Source: Malacoraja senta
Lineage: Eukaryota
Direction of reading: 5' to 3'
Assembly: GCA_038087875.1 (NCBI GenBank)
Contig: CM075993.1
Span: 10,914,001-10,978,000, forward strand
Length of the DNA: 64,000 nucleotides
Shown: one piece after another, positions 1 to 13,510 of the stretch
Numbering within the stretch: the stretch's first letter is position 1
Layout of the letters: each line of letters opens with the position of its first letter
The notes under the pieces: model-generated
Database searches by the model: none
Told to the model about the DNA's origin: nothing
The model's input: the letters and a program-made list of their open reading frames with translations, nothing else
Position numbers and translations under genes: made by a program

Positions 1-297
1 TCTCAGTTTAAGGATAAAGGAGAAATCTTTTAGGACTGAGATGAGAAAAACATTTTTTACACAGAGAGTGGTGAATCTCTGGAATTCTCTGCCACAGAGG
101 GTAGTTGAGGCCAGTTCATTGGCTATATTTAAGAGGGAGTTAGATGTGGCCCTTGTGGCTAAAGGGATCAAGGAGTATGGAGAGAAGGCAGGTACAGGAT
201 ACTGAGTTGGATGATCAGCCATGATCATATTGAATGGCGGTGCAGGCTCGAATGGGCTGAATGGCCTACTCCTGCACCTATTTTCTATGTTTCTATG
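1..297 (+). mobile_element. CR1 LINE 3' end fragment
   Basis: Encodes SLRIK..FFTQRVVNLWNSLP (CR1 ORF2 C-terminus), then the 3' UTR and a (TTTCTATG)n tail. Confidence 0.9.
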
Positions 298-394
298 TGA
301 TGCCTTTACCTGTGATGCTGCTGCATGCAAGATTTTCCCTAAACCTTTTTACCGAACACATGGCTTGACTTGAATCTACTCATTCCTCTGCCAC

Positions 395-599
395 TGTAGA
401 TTGGTTATTTCATACTAGCCAATTGTAGTGCTTGTTAGTAGTTGCTCCGCCCAATGTCCGTTTTATATTCGCAAGAGTTTGCCGACGACATTCAGTATGA
501 GTAGCTGCCTGGAACTGTAATGTCCTGCAGATCGATACTGTAAGTACATTGAATAAACATGTGTTGTATCCTGATATGTGTTTGACTCAACTCATTACA
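395..599 (+). mobile_element. Short solo LTR (Copia/BEL-like)
   Basis: TGTA...TACA termini, internal AATAAA, flanks gccac/gctac (5-bp TSD, 1 mismatch). Confidence 0.55.
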
Positions 600-611
600 G
601 CTACCTTCCTA

Positions 612-1195
612 CATCAGTGCTATCCCACATCGTTGGGATGCGGGAGGGAACCGGAGCACCCAGAGGAAACCCACGCAGTCACAGGGAGAACATGCAAACC
701 AAAGATCCTACAGCGAGCAAGATAGTCCACTCGACGAAAAAGACGTAGTACGGTCATGGGCAGATTCATGGGTAATTTTCGGCCCCATTTCCATAACCAG
801 CTTCCGTCTCCGCACCAAAGATCCCATAGGATAATAGTGCGGAGACGGAAGCCGGTTACGGAAACATCCTCGTAAAAATAAAAGTTATTTGGTAAAAATC
901 TTCTCCTCATTGTCAGAATTTTAATTTATTAACACAAACTGTTCCCCCCCAACGTTGATTACACTGCGAGTCGGGTCGGGTCGGGTCCGGTTACGGAAAT
1001 GGATGAAAAAAAGGCCCACGTTCCGCTCCGTTGCGTACTACACGTCAGCCCATTGCATTTAGCAGGAGTGGTCTATCTTGCTCCGCTATACGATCTTTGA
1101 TGCAAACTCCACACACACAGAAGTCGAGGTCAGGATTGAACCCAGATCGCTGGCGCTGTGAGGCAGCAGCTCTACCTGCGGGGCATCTGCACTGT
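612..1195 (-). mobile_element. HE1-like V-SINE interrupted by a hAT-like MITE
   Basis: V-domain core and tRNA-like head on the minus strand; split at 700-1099. Confidence 0.8.
700..1099. mobile_element. Non-autonomous hAT-like DNA transposon (MITE)
   Basis: About 32-bp imperfect TIRs starting CAAAGATC; perfect 8-bp TSD atgcaaac (692-699, 1100-1107). Confidence 0.9.
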
Positions 1196-1827
1196 CCTAA
1201 TTTTGTTGTTGCTGTCATTTTGTGTTTTCTAGGTTTCTTTTGCAATCACATATTTTTCTGTGATTTTGTAAAAGAAAAGTACACTTCATTTTTAACAGGT
1301 TTTTGGACCTTTTTGAAGCTTTATGAGAGGAAGGATGCTGGACTACCTCTCCATGTAATAGCTGATCAGGCCCAGAGCCATCAAACGCTCATCAGAGGTT
1401 AACCAGCATTCAGGACAACCAGACAACCAGAGCAAAGTCTGAAACACACATGTATTACTTAAGCAAAGCAAAACTATCTTAAATATTATTTTTAAGTTAA
1501 AAAAAAGTAAAATCACATAATTCTTGACATTTTTCCTGCATAGATATTAGAGTAGAATGTTTTTTAGTCGGGTAGTTTGTGAAGCAAACTATATATCATA
1601 TTTTTTAGAGTATTTTACAGTGGAACTAATTTGCAAGATAATCTCAGTTCAAGCCAGTCCCCCCGATTTATAAATGATAGGAGAAGAATTATGCCATTCG
1701 GCCCATCACACCTACTCTGCCATTCAATCATGGCCGATCTATCTTTCCCTCTGAACCCCATTCTCCTGCCTTCTCCCCATAACCCCTGACACCCGTACTA
1801 TTCAAGAATCTATCAATCTCTGCCTTA

Positions 1828-2147
1828 AAGCCCTGTCCCACGGTACGAGTTCATTCCAAGAGCTCTCCCAAGTTTAAAAAAAATCAAACTCGTGGTAAGC
1901 ACGGAAAATGAACGTAGCAGGTACGTCGGAGCTCGGGGACGTCTCTTAGCGCTAACGGCAGGTACTCGGGAAGACTCGCTAACGGCAGGTAAGCACGGGA
2001 AGACTCGTGAAGATTTTTCAACATGTTGAAAAATGTCCACGAGAGCCCCGAGTACCGACGAGTGGCCATTACCGTAAATCTCCGAGTTCGAATCAGGGCA
2101 AACTCGGGAGAACTCTTGGAATGAACTCGTACCGTCGGACAGGGCTT
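1828..2147. mobile_element. PIF/Harbinger-like MITE
   Basis: About 40-bp TIRs (AAGCCCTGTCCCACGGTACGAGTTCATTCCAAGAG), TTA on both flanks, internal 22-bp palindrome at 2013-2034. Confidence 0.85.
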
Positions 2148-2284
2148 TTAAAAGGGCAGGTTTCCCTGGACTGTAATGACAGCAAACCCTAGCAATGGCC
2201 TAAGACACTGGCATCTGTGAGACCAACCTGAACACTGAGGAAATCTCAATATTACATGAAAATAACTTTCCTTTTAGGCAGGAA

Positions 2285-2510
2285 CAAGGACCAGCAGATG
2301 CTGGTTTACAAAAAGTAGACACAAAGTGCTGAAGTAACTCAAAGGGCCAGGTAGCATCTCTGGAGAACATGGATAGGCAACGTTTTGTGTTGAGACCTTT
2401 CTTCAGACAATTTCTGAAGTCTGAAGATTGGACCCGACCAGACTCATTGCCCACCCACGTTCTCCAGAGATGCTGCCTGACCCGCTGGGTTACTCCAGCA
2501 CTTTGTGTCT
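2285..2510. mobile_element. Inverted pair of Penelope-derived hammerhead-motif units (degenerate)
   Basis: Minus-strand unit ending cttcagac at 2408, followed by a plus-strand unit ctgaagat...gatgctgcctgacccgctg...ccagca. Confidence 0.7.
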
Positions 2511-2659
2511 TCTTTCCTTTTAGCTAACCCAGGTTCGATCCTGACGACGGGTGCAGTCCATGCGGAGTTTGTACGTTCTCCTTGTGACCATGCAGGTTTT
2601 CTCCTGGTGCTCTGGTTTCCTCCCACACGCCAAAGATGTACAGGTTTGTAGGTTAATTA

Positions 2660-4375
2660 GACAGTTCCTCCCACACGGTTGAGTGCATTGGGCAGCAAGC
2701 TTTGTCCATTCTGTTCGGTTATGTGTGACGTCTTCCACCCTCGATAGGTTTGTGTCCCAGGCTTCCAAATCCTTCTGGAATGTTCGCCTCCATGTGAGTT
2801 TTGGTCGGCCTCTTTTCCTTCTTCCGTCAGGTTGCCAGGTCATTGCTATCTTAGATGCACGCTCTGGTGACATTTTGAATGTCAATGCAAATTTCATCCT
2901 GCGTCCCTCTATGTCCTGGCTGAGACGCATTGTTGCAGATTCCCGGTAGATCTCCTCGTTTATAATGTGGTCTCTGTAGCTAGTCTTCAGTATCCTCCTC
3001 AAGCAGCGTTGTTGGGATGCATCCAATTTATTTTTCATCTTCACATTGATTTTCCATGTCTCACTGGCATGTAGGGAGGACTACGGACTGGAAGAGCTTG
3101 ACTTTTAGCATCTTGGATATCCCGCCACTAGACCATATTGGCTGCATTTGTCTGAAGACTGATGCAGCTTTACCAATTCGGGAGTTGATGTCGACCTCTG
3201 CATCTCCATCCACTGTGAACATGCTGCCAAGATAGGTAGATCTTGTGGCGTTTTCCACAGGTTCCCCATTGATTTAAACACCTTTCCAAAGGAAGTTATT
3301 AACAATTATTGTTGGGGTGGCGCAGTGGGTAGAGCTGCTGCCTCACAGCGTCCAGAGACCCGGGTTTGATCCTGACTTTGGGTGCTGTCTGCATGTGGAG
3401 TTTGCACCTTCTCCCTGTGACCAGATGGGTTTCTTCCGGGATACTCCCACATCCTGAAGATGTGGATTTGAGGGTTGATTGGCCCATCTGTAAATAAAGA
3501 AATTGCCCCCGGTGTGTAGGGAGTGGGTGAGAAAGTGAGATAACCTGGAACTGGTGTGAACGGGTGATCGATGGTCAGCATAGGCCCGGTGGGCCAAAGG
3601 GCCTGTTTCTGTGCTGTATCTCTAGACTAAGTTATAACATTATGCTTAGGGGTCACTTAATGTGGAGAAAAAGGCAGGAGTAGTGATCTTTGTGTTTAAT
3701 TTTACGTGTATTTGTTTAGTTGTGACTTATCTGTGGTTTATTCTTGATTAACTCACTGGAGAGGAACTGTGGAAAGTAGATGACTTGTTGGCAGGGATGC
3801 CAGTGACTTGAGTTTAGTTTAATGTCACGTGTACCGAGGTACAGTGAAAAGCTTTTGTTGTGTGCTAACCAGTCAGCAGAAAGACAATACATGATTACAA
3901 TCAAGCCACTGCGGTGCTGGCTCGAAGGGCCGAATGGCCTACTCCTGCACCTATTGTCTATTGTCTATTGATTATCAGTTGGTCTATTGGCTGCTGGTCT
4001 CCAGTCTGCATGGTCTTAGACTTCTGGCAGCTGATCTTTAATGCAACCTTTGATGCATTCTCCTCCAGAACGGTTGTCATCTCTTGAAGGGTGTGTGTCG
4101 ACTCTGCTAGTAGTGCAATGTCATAGGCAAAATCTAGGTCTGTGAGACGTCTTCCTGTTCTCCATGGTATTCCAAAGCCAGGTTGTACATTGTGTTCCAC
4201 ATGACATAGTCGATTGTGACAATAAGCAGTAAAGGGGATAGAAGTCAATCTTGCCTTACCCCTGTGACAATGTCTTACCCCTCGCAAAGGTTCTTGAAGA
4301 TGTTGATGAAAGCCTCTGGGATGCCATACACTTTAAGAATTAGCCACAACGTGTCTCTATGTACACTATCAAAGG
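2660..4375 (-). mobile_element. RTE-clade LINE fragment, interrupted by a SINE and LINE tails
   Basis: ORF pieces LTDLDFAYDIALL (RT), YLGS..DINSRIGKA and KRGRPKLTWRRT in collinear order. Confidence 0.8.
3313..3632 (+). mobile_element. HE1-like V-SINE
   Basis: tRNA-like head GGTGGCGCAG..GGGTTTGATCC, V-domain, CR1-like tail gggcctgtttctgtgctgtatctct. Confidence 0.85.
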
Positions 4376-4589
4376 TTAATTGGCTTGGTAAAAATTTCAC
4401 CAAAAACGAAGTGATTAGGCTAGCGAACTCAGCGGGTCAGGCAACATCTCTGGAGAATAAGGATGGGTGACGTTTCGGGTCGGGACCTTGCTGCTGAAGA
4501 AGGGTTCCGACCCAAAATGTCACCAATCATTTTCCTCCACAGATGCTGCCTGACCCGCTTGCGTTACTCCAGTACTTTGTGTTTTTTTT

Positions 4590-4826
4590 CCTTTTTCACA
4601 CAGAGAGTTGTGAATCTGTGGAATTCTCTGCCTCAGAGGGCGGTGGAGGCCGGTTCTCTGGATATTTTCAAGAGAGAGCTAGATAGGGCTCTTAAAGATA
4701 GCGGAGTCAGGGGAGAAGGCAGGGACGGGGTACTGATTGGGGATGATCAGCCATGATCACATTGAATGGTGGTGCTGGCTCGAAGGGCCGAATGGCCTAC
4801 TCCTGCACTTATTGTCTATTGTCTAT
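4590..4826 (+). mobile_element. CR1 3' end
   Basis: FFTQRVVNLWNSLPQ, 3' UTR, (TATTGTC)n tail. Confidence 0.85.
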
Positions 4827-4932
4827 TAACCAACCCAGCTTGGTGCTTCTGGACAGCTGGACTTGTGAAACATTTATTGTGTAGCCAGCAAAAACAGGTG
4901 GTAACCAACAGTAGGTCTGACTTTCTCTATTA

Positions 4933-5240
4933 AGCCCATATCCTACTTTTCCGAGTTACTCACGAATTCTCCCGAGTTTTCCCCTTGAATCAAACTCGGA
5001 GATGCCAGCCGTAGGTACACGGGGCTATTTTTTTTACTCGTGGACATTTTTCAACATGCTGAAAAAACATCCCGACTTACCTGATGCCCCGAGTACCTAC
5101 GGCTGGCATTACGAGCCGCTACGAAATATCTACGGACTCCTAAGGCCTCCTACGGACTCGCTAGGGACATTCTCCGAGTTTGAATCAAGGGGAAAACTCG
5201 GGAGAATTCGTGAGTAACTCGGGAAAGTGGGACAGGGGTT
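4933..5240. mobile_element. PIF/Harbinger-like MITE (related family)
   Basis: About 70-bp TIRs (ccgagttactcacgaattctcccgagttttccccttg and its complement), TTA-like flanks, internal motif tttttcaacatgctgaaaaa shared with 1828-2147. Confidence 0.8.
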
Positions 5241-6394
5241 TTACTCGGCAATTTTGACAATCCTCGGTACACACGCCAATAAACTCAACTAAACGAATAT
5301 AGCACAGAACGCCACAGGAGATCCTTCTTCCCTGTGGCTATCACACTGTACAACTTCTCCCCCTTCTGTCGTGCGTTAGACTGACTCCCCCCACCCCACC
5401 CCCCCCCACCCCACCTTCCACCCCCCAATCTTTGCTCATCCCCAATCATTTCCACTGGTTACTTTAATTTCATGTTTCATGTATCGTGCGTTTTATGACT
5501 GTTGTCAGACCAATTTCCCCCCTGGAATAAATAACGTTCTATCGTATTGTATCGTATTGCATCGTACAGCCATTAAATATCAATGCGTCATCATGAAATT
5601 TGTACAACCACCAGAATAAGTTTCTGCGGCACAGTGGCGCAGCTGGTAGAGCCGCTGCCTCACAGCTCCAGAGGCCTGGGTTCGACCCTGACCACGGGTG
5701 CTGTCTGTGTGGAGTTTGCACGTTCTCCCTGTGATTGCGTGGTTTGTAGGTTAATTGGCCCTCTGTAACTTGCTCGTGGTAGGTAGGGAGTGGATGAGAA
5801 AATGGGACAATAGACAATAGACATAGGACTACTGTGAACGGGTGATCGATGGTCGGCGTGGACAGACTCAATCGATCAATCGATCGATCAATGTCTGTGC
5901 CGAACATGATGCCAAGACCATTTCTTATCCACCTGCATATAACCCAAAATCCCTCCATTCCCTGAGTGTCCATTTGCCTGTCCGAAGGTCTTTTAAACAC
6001 CACTCTGCTATCTGCTTCAACCACCACTCCCAGTAGCATGTTCCAGGCGCTCACCACCCTCTGTGTAAAAAACTTGCCTTGCACGTCCCCTTTAAACTTT
6101 GCCCCTCTCATCTTAAAGCCATGCCCTCTGGCATTTGATTTTCCATCCTGGGAGAATGAATCTGACTGCCTATCCTCTCCATGGCCTGACTGAGTCTAAC
6201 CCAAGGACATAATCTGAAGAAGGGTCCTGACCCAAAATGTTGCCCATTCCTTCTCTCCACAGATGCTGCCTGTCCCGCTGAGTTACTCCAGCTTTTTGTG
6301 TCTAACAATAAATAATGTTCTTCCTTTGCATACAGCAGGAAGGACTCCAAGCAACAAAAGTTATCTCTTGTCTTTTCTCGGACACTTTAGAGGA

Positions 6395-6990
6395 GTTGGG
6401 AGAGTCATGTTGCAGTTGTATAAGACGTTGGTGAGACCGCATTTAGAATATTGTGTTCAGTTCTGGGCACCATGTGAAAGGAAAGATGTTGTCAAACTGG
6501 AAAGGATTCAGAGAAGATTTACAAGGATGTTGCCAGGACTAGAGGGTCTGAGCTATAGGGAGAGGTTGAGTAGGCTGGGACTCTATTCCTTGGAGCACCG
6601 GAGGATGAGGGGTGATCTTATAGAGGTGTATAAAATCATAAGAGGAACAGATCGGGTAAATACACAGAGTCTCTTGCCCAGAGTAGGTGAATCGAGGACC
6701 AGAGGACATAGATTCAAGGTGAAGGGGAAAAGATTTAATAGAAATCTGAGGGGTAACGTTTTCACACACAGGGTGGTGGGTGTATGGAACAAGCTGCCAA
6801 AGGAGGTAGTTGAGGCTGGGACTATCCCAACGTTTAAGAAATAGTTGGACAGGTACATGGATAGGACAGGTTTGGAGAGTTATGGACCAAATGCAGGCAG
6901 GTGGGACTTGTGTAGCTGGGACATGTTGGTCGGTGTGGGCAAGTTGGGCTGAAGGACCTGTTTCTACACTGTATCACTCTATGACTCTGA
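6395..6990 (+). mobile_element. CR1 ORF2 C-terminus plus 3' UTR
   Basis: LYKTLVRPHLEYCVQFW..RGDLIEVYK..WNKLP; (ATGACTCT)n-like tail. Confidence 0.9.
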
Positions 6991-7949
6991 CTCTATATCA
7001 GTTAGGTCAGAACTCTGGAACAGTCTCCGCTAAGCAACGTATCTGATGACTATTAACTGGCTTCATAAATGACCAACAAATAACCAAAGGGTTACAAGAT
7101 GAAGTCTGATGATAAGGGTGAATTTTAGATGCACGCATAAATGATTGTGTAAACAAGAGGGCAAGGCTCTTTCTACCTGGCACCTGGAGAATGAGAAAAG
7201 ACGTCATCACACCTCGGTGACCCTGGCATAAATGGTGACATAGTTCTTAGTTTAGAGATACAGTGTGGGAACATGCCCTTCAGCCAACCGAGTCCACACC
7301 GACCATCGATCACCCTACACTATACTAGTGCTATCCCACACATTCGGGACAATTTACAGAAGCCAATTAATTTACAATTCCGAACCCCTTTGGAATGTTG
7401 GTGGAAACCGGAGCACCCGGAGAAAACCCACGTGATCACAGGGAGAACGTACAAACTCAAGGCCCATCAAGTCGACTCTGCCATTCAATCATGGATGATC
7501 TATCTCTCCCTCCCAACCCCATTCCCTTGCCTTCTCCCCATAACACCTGACACCCGTACTAATCAAGAATCTATCTATCTCTGCCTTAAAAATATCCATT
7601 AACGGCCTCCACAGCCTTCTGTGGCAATGAATTCCACAGATTCACCACCCTCTGACTAAAGATTTGAGCAGTTATTTATTGTAGATCAATCACTATTGCT
7701 GATTTGATCCATGTCTGGTTTTGCTATTGCTGACCCGATCCGTAATCCATGCATGGTTTCCACTGTGCCATCTTGCGGAATGCAGATATTTATCACTGCT
7801 GATTTGCGATGGTGGGCTTGATATTTGTGTGGGAGTGGGCTTGGAAAGGAAAATAAATCATTAAATTAGAACTTAATGGCCATGTGATAGATGGATTAAA
7901 GGGAAATAAGTGAGTGAATGGGACTGATGGAGTACCGTGGACAGCCAGG

Positions 7950-8830
7950 ATCTTTATCCAGGGTGGAAATGTCAAAGACTGGAGGGCATAGCTTTAGGGT
8001 GAGAGGGGCAAAGTTTAAAGGAGATGTGCGGGGCAGGTTTGTTATGCAGAGGGTGGTGGGTGCCTGGAACGCGCTGCCAGGGGTGGTGGTGGAGGCAGAT
8101 GCGATAGTGGTGTTTAAGTGGCTTTTGGAGAGGCTCATGGATGTGCAGGGAATGGAGGGATATGGATCACGTGCAGGCAGAGGAAATTGGTTTAACCGGG
8201 TCATGTTCAGTACAGACAATGTGGGCCGAAGGGCCTGTTCCTGTGCTGTGCTCCACCTGTGAACGGTACAATAGATGCCCCATTGAAGCAAGTGGGACCT
8301 CAAACAGCAGAAGCGAGAGCTTGCAGATGTCCTTGAATACTACAGCCAGTTGGTTGGCACAGGTCTTTAACGCTGGGCCAGGTACATAGTCTGGGTCAAA
8401 CACTATGCATGGAGTTTAGAAGGGTGAGGAGAGTTTAGAAGGATGAGGGGGTACCTCATAGAAACTTATCGAACAGTGAAAGGCCTGGATAGAGTGGATA
8501 TGGAGAGGATGTTTCCACTAGTGGGAGAGTCTAGGACTGGAGGTCATAGCCTCTGAATTAAAGGACGTTCCTTTAGGAAGAAGATGAGAAGGAATTTCTT
8601 TAGTCAGAGGGTGGTGAATCTGAGGAATTCTTTGCCACAGAAGGCTGTGAAGGTCAAGTGAATGGATATTTTTAAGGCAGAGGTACATAGATTCTTGATT
8701 GATACGGGTGTCAGGGGTTATGGGGGGAAGGCAGTAGAATGGGGTTAGGAGAGATAGATCAGCCATGATTGAATGGCGGAGTAGATTTGATGGGGCGAAT
8801 GGTATAATTCCACCCTTATCACTTACGAAC
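7950..8830 (+). mobile_element. Two CR1 3' fragments
   Basis: TGGHSFRVRGAKFKGD..WNALP (7950-8250); second fragment 8405-8830 with an in-frame stop. Confidence 0.8.
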
Positions 8831-9464
8831 AAGAATTCATCCTCAATAAACATGTATAATCGTTCCATTGAATGGTTAGCATGCAACTGAAGCTTTTGAC
8901 TGTACCTTGGTACACGTGACAATAAACTAAACTAAACTAAACTGCAGGATGGTCTGACCTTAGAGGCTAAGATCAAAGTGTCGTCAGGAGCTGTTTTATA
9001 TTGATTTTCAATATCTGCAGTGTTTTGCTTTGGGCTTAGAGATTTAATATTACAAATTTGCAGAAAGTTACTGATAATTAAGCAAATGTAAAATCCAACA
9101 AGTGTGTTCAACCAGGATGTGATCTGTACATCATTTGGGAAAAAAAAGCATTAAAGTCTTTCCTAATTTAACCATTAGCCCTAATTGGGCAAATTCATTA
9201 ATTAGTGAAAACGTTCTATTGGTTTGCGGCAATTCAAAACTGAAAGCCAAGCCTTTGTCTTGTGTTTGAAGTGCCTCTTCCCAATGTGTGGCCCGTCCAC
9301 TAGCTTGAGTCTTTTAAAGGAAGGTTGCTAAAATCCCACAGAAATATTTACTCATGAACAGCCGACCCCGGGAGATGATTAACGAGCTGCAATTCTGTCG
9401 ACAATTCGGAAGAGGCATTGTTTTTTTAAACATTATTATTGTTTGTTTGTTTGCTCTTAGATAT

Positions 9465-9803
9465 GCATACACACGTACACACGCACACACATACGCAAAC
9501 ACGCACGCACGCACACACATGCACACACGCGCACACAACACACACAAAAACACACATGCACACACGCACGCACACACATGCACACACGCACGCACACACA
9601 TGCACACACGCGCGCACAACACACACAAAAACACACATGCACACACGCACGCACATATATACATACACACACACGCACACACATGCACTCACGCACACAC
9701 ACATGCACACACATATATATACATACACACACACACACATACACATATATATATATACACACACACACGCACACACACACGCACGCACACACGCACGCAC
9801 GCA
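9465..9803. repeat. Compound (CA)n/(CACG)n/(TA)n microsatellite with higher-order duplication
   Basis: Block cacgcgcacaacacacacaaaaacacacatgcacacacgcacgc recurs near 9527 and 9609. Confidence 0.95.
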
Positions 9804-9812
9804 AGCGAAGTA

Positions 9813-10050
9813 ATAGGTGACGTTTCGGGTCGAGACCCTTCTTCAGACTGAGAGTCACGGGAAAGGGAAACAAGAGATAGAGATGGTGATATAGAGAAGT
9901 ATAGAACAAACCAATGAGAGATATGCAAAAAAGTCTGAAGAAGGGTCTTGACCCGAAACTTCACCCATTCCTTCGCTCCATAGATGCTGCCTCACCCGCT
10001 GAGTTTCTCCAGCATTTTTATCTACCTTAGATTTTTCCAGCATCTGTACT
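9813..10050. mobile_element. Inverted Penelope-derived pseudo-LTR pair with hammerhead motifs
   Basis: Intact minus-strand core at 9819-9846; plus-strand copy from 9935. Confidence 0.8.
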
Positions 10051-10639
10051 TCAATCTTAAACAGTGCAGGGTCTATTGGTATGTTAGGGCATTTTGTGAT
10101 CAAGGAGGAGGTGTTGAATCTCTTGCAGAGCATCACGGTGGATTAGAACCCAGGTAGAGGTGACTAAGGTCACTGATGAGAATAGGGTAGTGGATGTTGT
10201 GTACATGGACTTCAGTTGGCTTCTGACAAGGTCCCTCACACTAGGCTAATCCCGATGGACCTTTAGTTTAGTTTAGTTTAGTTTAGAGATACAGTGCGGC
10301 CACAGGCCCTTAGGCCCAATGAGTCTGCGACGACCAGCGATCCCCGTTCACTAACACTATCCTACACACACTGGGGACAATTTTACATTTATACCAAGCC
10401 AACTACCCTACAAACTTGTACGTCTTTGGAGTGTGGGAGGAAACCGAAGATCTCGGAGAAAATCCACGCAGGTCACGGGGAGAACGTACAAACTCTGTAC
10501 AGACAGCACCCGAGGTCAGGATCGAACCCAGGTCTTTGGCGCCAACGTGCTGCATGTGATCAACTGTGACTTTGTTGTTTGAATTCAGAACTGGCTTACC
10601 CAGTCAGAAATGGTGGTGGAAGATTTCATGTTCGTAACT

Positions 10640-11290
10640 TCTAGAAACATAGAAACATAGAAACATAGAAAATAGGTGCAGAAGGAGGCCATTCAGCCCT
10701 TCGAGCCAGCACTGCCATTCATTGTTCTCATGGCTGATCATACCCAATCAATAACTCGTGCCTGCCTTCTCCCCGTATCCCTTGTTTCCACTAGCCCCTA
10801 GAGCTCTATCTAACTCTCTCTTAAATCCAACCAGTGACTTGGCCTCCACTGCCGTCTGTGGCAGGGAATTCCACAAATTCACAACTCTCTGGGTGAAAAA
10901 GTTTTTTCTCACATCAGTCTTAAATGGCCTCCCCTTTATTCTAAGACTGTGGCCCCTGGTTCTGGACTCGCCCAACATTGGGAACATTTTTCCTGCATCT
11001 AGCTTGTCCAGTCCTTTTATAATTGTATATGTTTCTATAAGATCCCCCCTCATCCTTCTAAACTCCAGTGAATACAAGCCTAGTCTTTTCAATCTTTCCT
11101 CATATGACAGTCCCGCCATCCCAGGGATCAATCTTGTGAACCTACGCTGCACTGCCTCAATCACAAGGATGTCCTTCCTCAAATTAGGAGACCAAAACTG
11201 TACGCAATACTCCAGATGTGGTCTTACCAGAACCCTATACAACTGCAGAAGAACCTCTCTATTCCTATACTGAAATCCTCTTGTTATGAA
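10640..11290 (-). mobile_element. CR1 3' fragment
   Basis: ORF 10748-11242 (YRVLVRPHLEYCVQFWSP...WNSLP); tail reads (CATAGAAA)n on the plus strand. Confidence 0.9.
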
Positions 11291-11659
11291 AGAGCAGAAT
11301 TAGGCCATTCAGCCCATCAAATCTACCATTCAATCGTGGCTGACCTATCTTTTCCCCTCAACCCCATTCTCCTCCTTCTCCCCATAACCTCTGACACCTG
11401 TACTAATCAAGAATCTATCTATCTCTGCCTTAAAAAAAAAGATACACCACCCTCTGACTAAAGAAGCTCCTCATCTCCTTCCAAAATGAACGTCCTTTTA
11501 TTCTGAGGCTATGACTTCAGAGGGATCTTGAGGTCCAAGTCCATAACTCCTTGTAAGTAGCAAGTAGAAATATAGAGAGTGGGAAAGAAAGCGTACGGTA
11601 TGCAATGGCCTCCGTTGGTCAGGAAGTTGAGCCTAGAGGACCGAGGATCTGAGGCTCTA

Positions 11660-13510
11660 TGAGGCGATCAGGCCACATTTAGGGTACTGTGAGCAAATAT
11701 GGGCCCCATATCTGAGGAAGGATGTGCTGGCTCTGGAGAGGGTCCTGAGGAGGTTTACAAGAATGATTCCAGGAATGAGTGGGTTGGCACTTGGCACATG
11801 ATGAGTGCTTGACTGCACTGGGCCTGTACTCAATGGAGTTTAGAAGGTTGAGGGGGGACCTCATTGAAACTTACAGAATAATGAAAGGCATAGATAGAGT
11901 GGATGTGGAGAGGATGTTTCCATTGGTGTGTGAGTCTAGGACCAGAGGTCATAGCCTCAGAATTAAAGGGGGCTCTTTTAGAAAGGAGGTGAGTAGGAAC
12001 TTCTTTAGTCAGAGGGTAGTTAATCTGTGGAACTCATTGCCACAGAGGGCTGTGGAGGCCAAGTCAGTGGGTATTTTTAAGGCAGAGATAGACATGTTCT
12101 TGATTGGAACCGGTGTCAAGGTTTATGGGGAGAAGGCAGGTAAATGGGATTAGGAAGCAGAGATCAGCCATGGTGGAGTGGACTCAATAGACAATAGGTG
12201 AAGGAGTAGGCCATTCGGCCCTTCGAGCCAGCACCGCCATTCAATGTGATCGTGGCTGATCATCCACGATCAGTACCCCGTTCCTGCCTTCTCCCCATAT
12301 CCCCTGACTCCGCTACTTTAAGACCCCTATCTAGCTCTCGCTTGAAAGTATCCAGAGAACCGGCCTCCACCGCCCCCTGAGGCAGAGAATTCCACAGACT
12401 CACAACTGTGTGTTTCCTCATCTCCGTTCTAAATGGCTTATCCCTTATTCTTAAACTGTGGCCCCTGGTTCTGGACTCCCCCAACATCGGGAACATGTTT
12501 CCTGCCTCTAGCGTGTCCAAACCCTGAATAATCTTATATGTTCCAATAAGATATCCTCTCATCCTTCTAAATTCCAAAGTATAGAAGCCCACCCATTCTC
12601 TCAGCATATGACAGTCCCACCATCCCGGGAATTAACCTCGTGAACCTACGCTGCACTCCCTCAAATGACTCGATGGACTAATTCTACTCCTACAATTTGT
12701 GAACTTGTACTTGTGAAAGTGTAAGCCCGACTCGCCCACCGCAGGCCCCAAGCCACCGGCGTTAACAGGGCCCGGGCACAAGTGGGTGAGGTACAGGTAT
12801 AATGAAACCTTGCTTGCAGCAGTATCACAGACACATCGTCTCAGGCAACACACAAAACATAAATACCACATAAATTCTGCAAGGCAAATTAACAGATTTT
12901 GCACGTTTTGCGGCAGGGTGCGTCCAAGTGTGAAAGCTTGACAGATCACTCTGTGGAAACAAGGAACTGCAGATGCTGGTTTATACCAAAGATAGATCAT
13001 TTTGGGCCACATATCGAAGGAGGGTCTAGAAGAGGATTACAAGAATGGTCCCAGGAATTAGTAGGTTATCCAATGATGAGCGTTTGGCGGCACTGGGCCT
13101 GCACTTGCTGGAGTTTCGAAGAATGAGGGGGGAACCTAATTGAACGTACAGAATAGTGAAAGGCTTGGATAAAGTGGATATGGAGAGGATGTTTCCACTA
13201 GTGGGAGAGTCTAGGACTAGAGGTTCTAGCCTCAGAATTAAAGGTTCTTTTAGGAAGGAGACGAGGAGAAATTTATTTAGTCAGAGGGTTGTGAATCTAT
13301 GGAATTCTTTGCCACAGAAGGCTGTGAAGGTCAAGTCAGTGGATATTTTTTAAGGCAGAGACAGATAGATTCTTGTTTAGTACAGGTGTCAGGGGTTATG
13401 GGGGAAAGGCAAGAGAATGAGGTTAAGAGGGAGAGATAGATCAGTCATGATTGAATGGCGGAGTAGACTTGATGGGCCGAATGGCCTAATTCTACTCCTG
13501 TCACATGACC
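11660..13510. mobile_element. Cluster of CR1 3' fragments (11660-12190 +, 12190-12663 -, 13000-13510 +)
   Basis: Repeated EFRR.RG.LIETY / RTRGHSL / WNSLP motifs. Confidence 0.85.

Noticed and set aside
3313..3390. tRNA-like sequences at SINE heads
   Set aside because: They continue into the V-domain and LINE-derived tail, so they are SINEs rather than tRNA genes.
7007..7210. Minus-strand acceptor (ttttctcattctccag) and 67-aa ORF
   Set aside because: No recognisable product and no convincing donor site.
9314..9964. His/Thr and Cys/Val ORFs (also at 39030-39457)
   Set aside because: Microsatellite translations.
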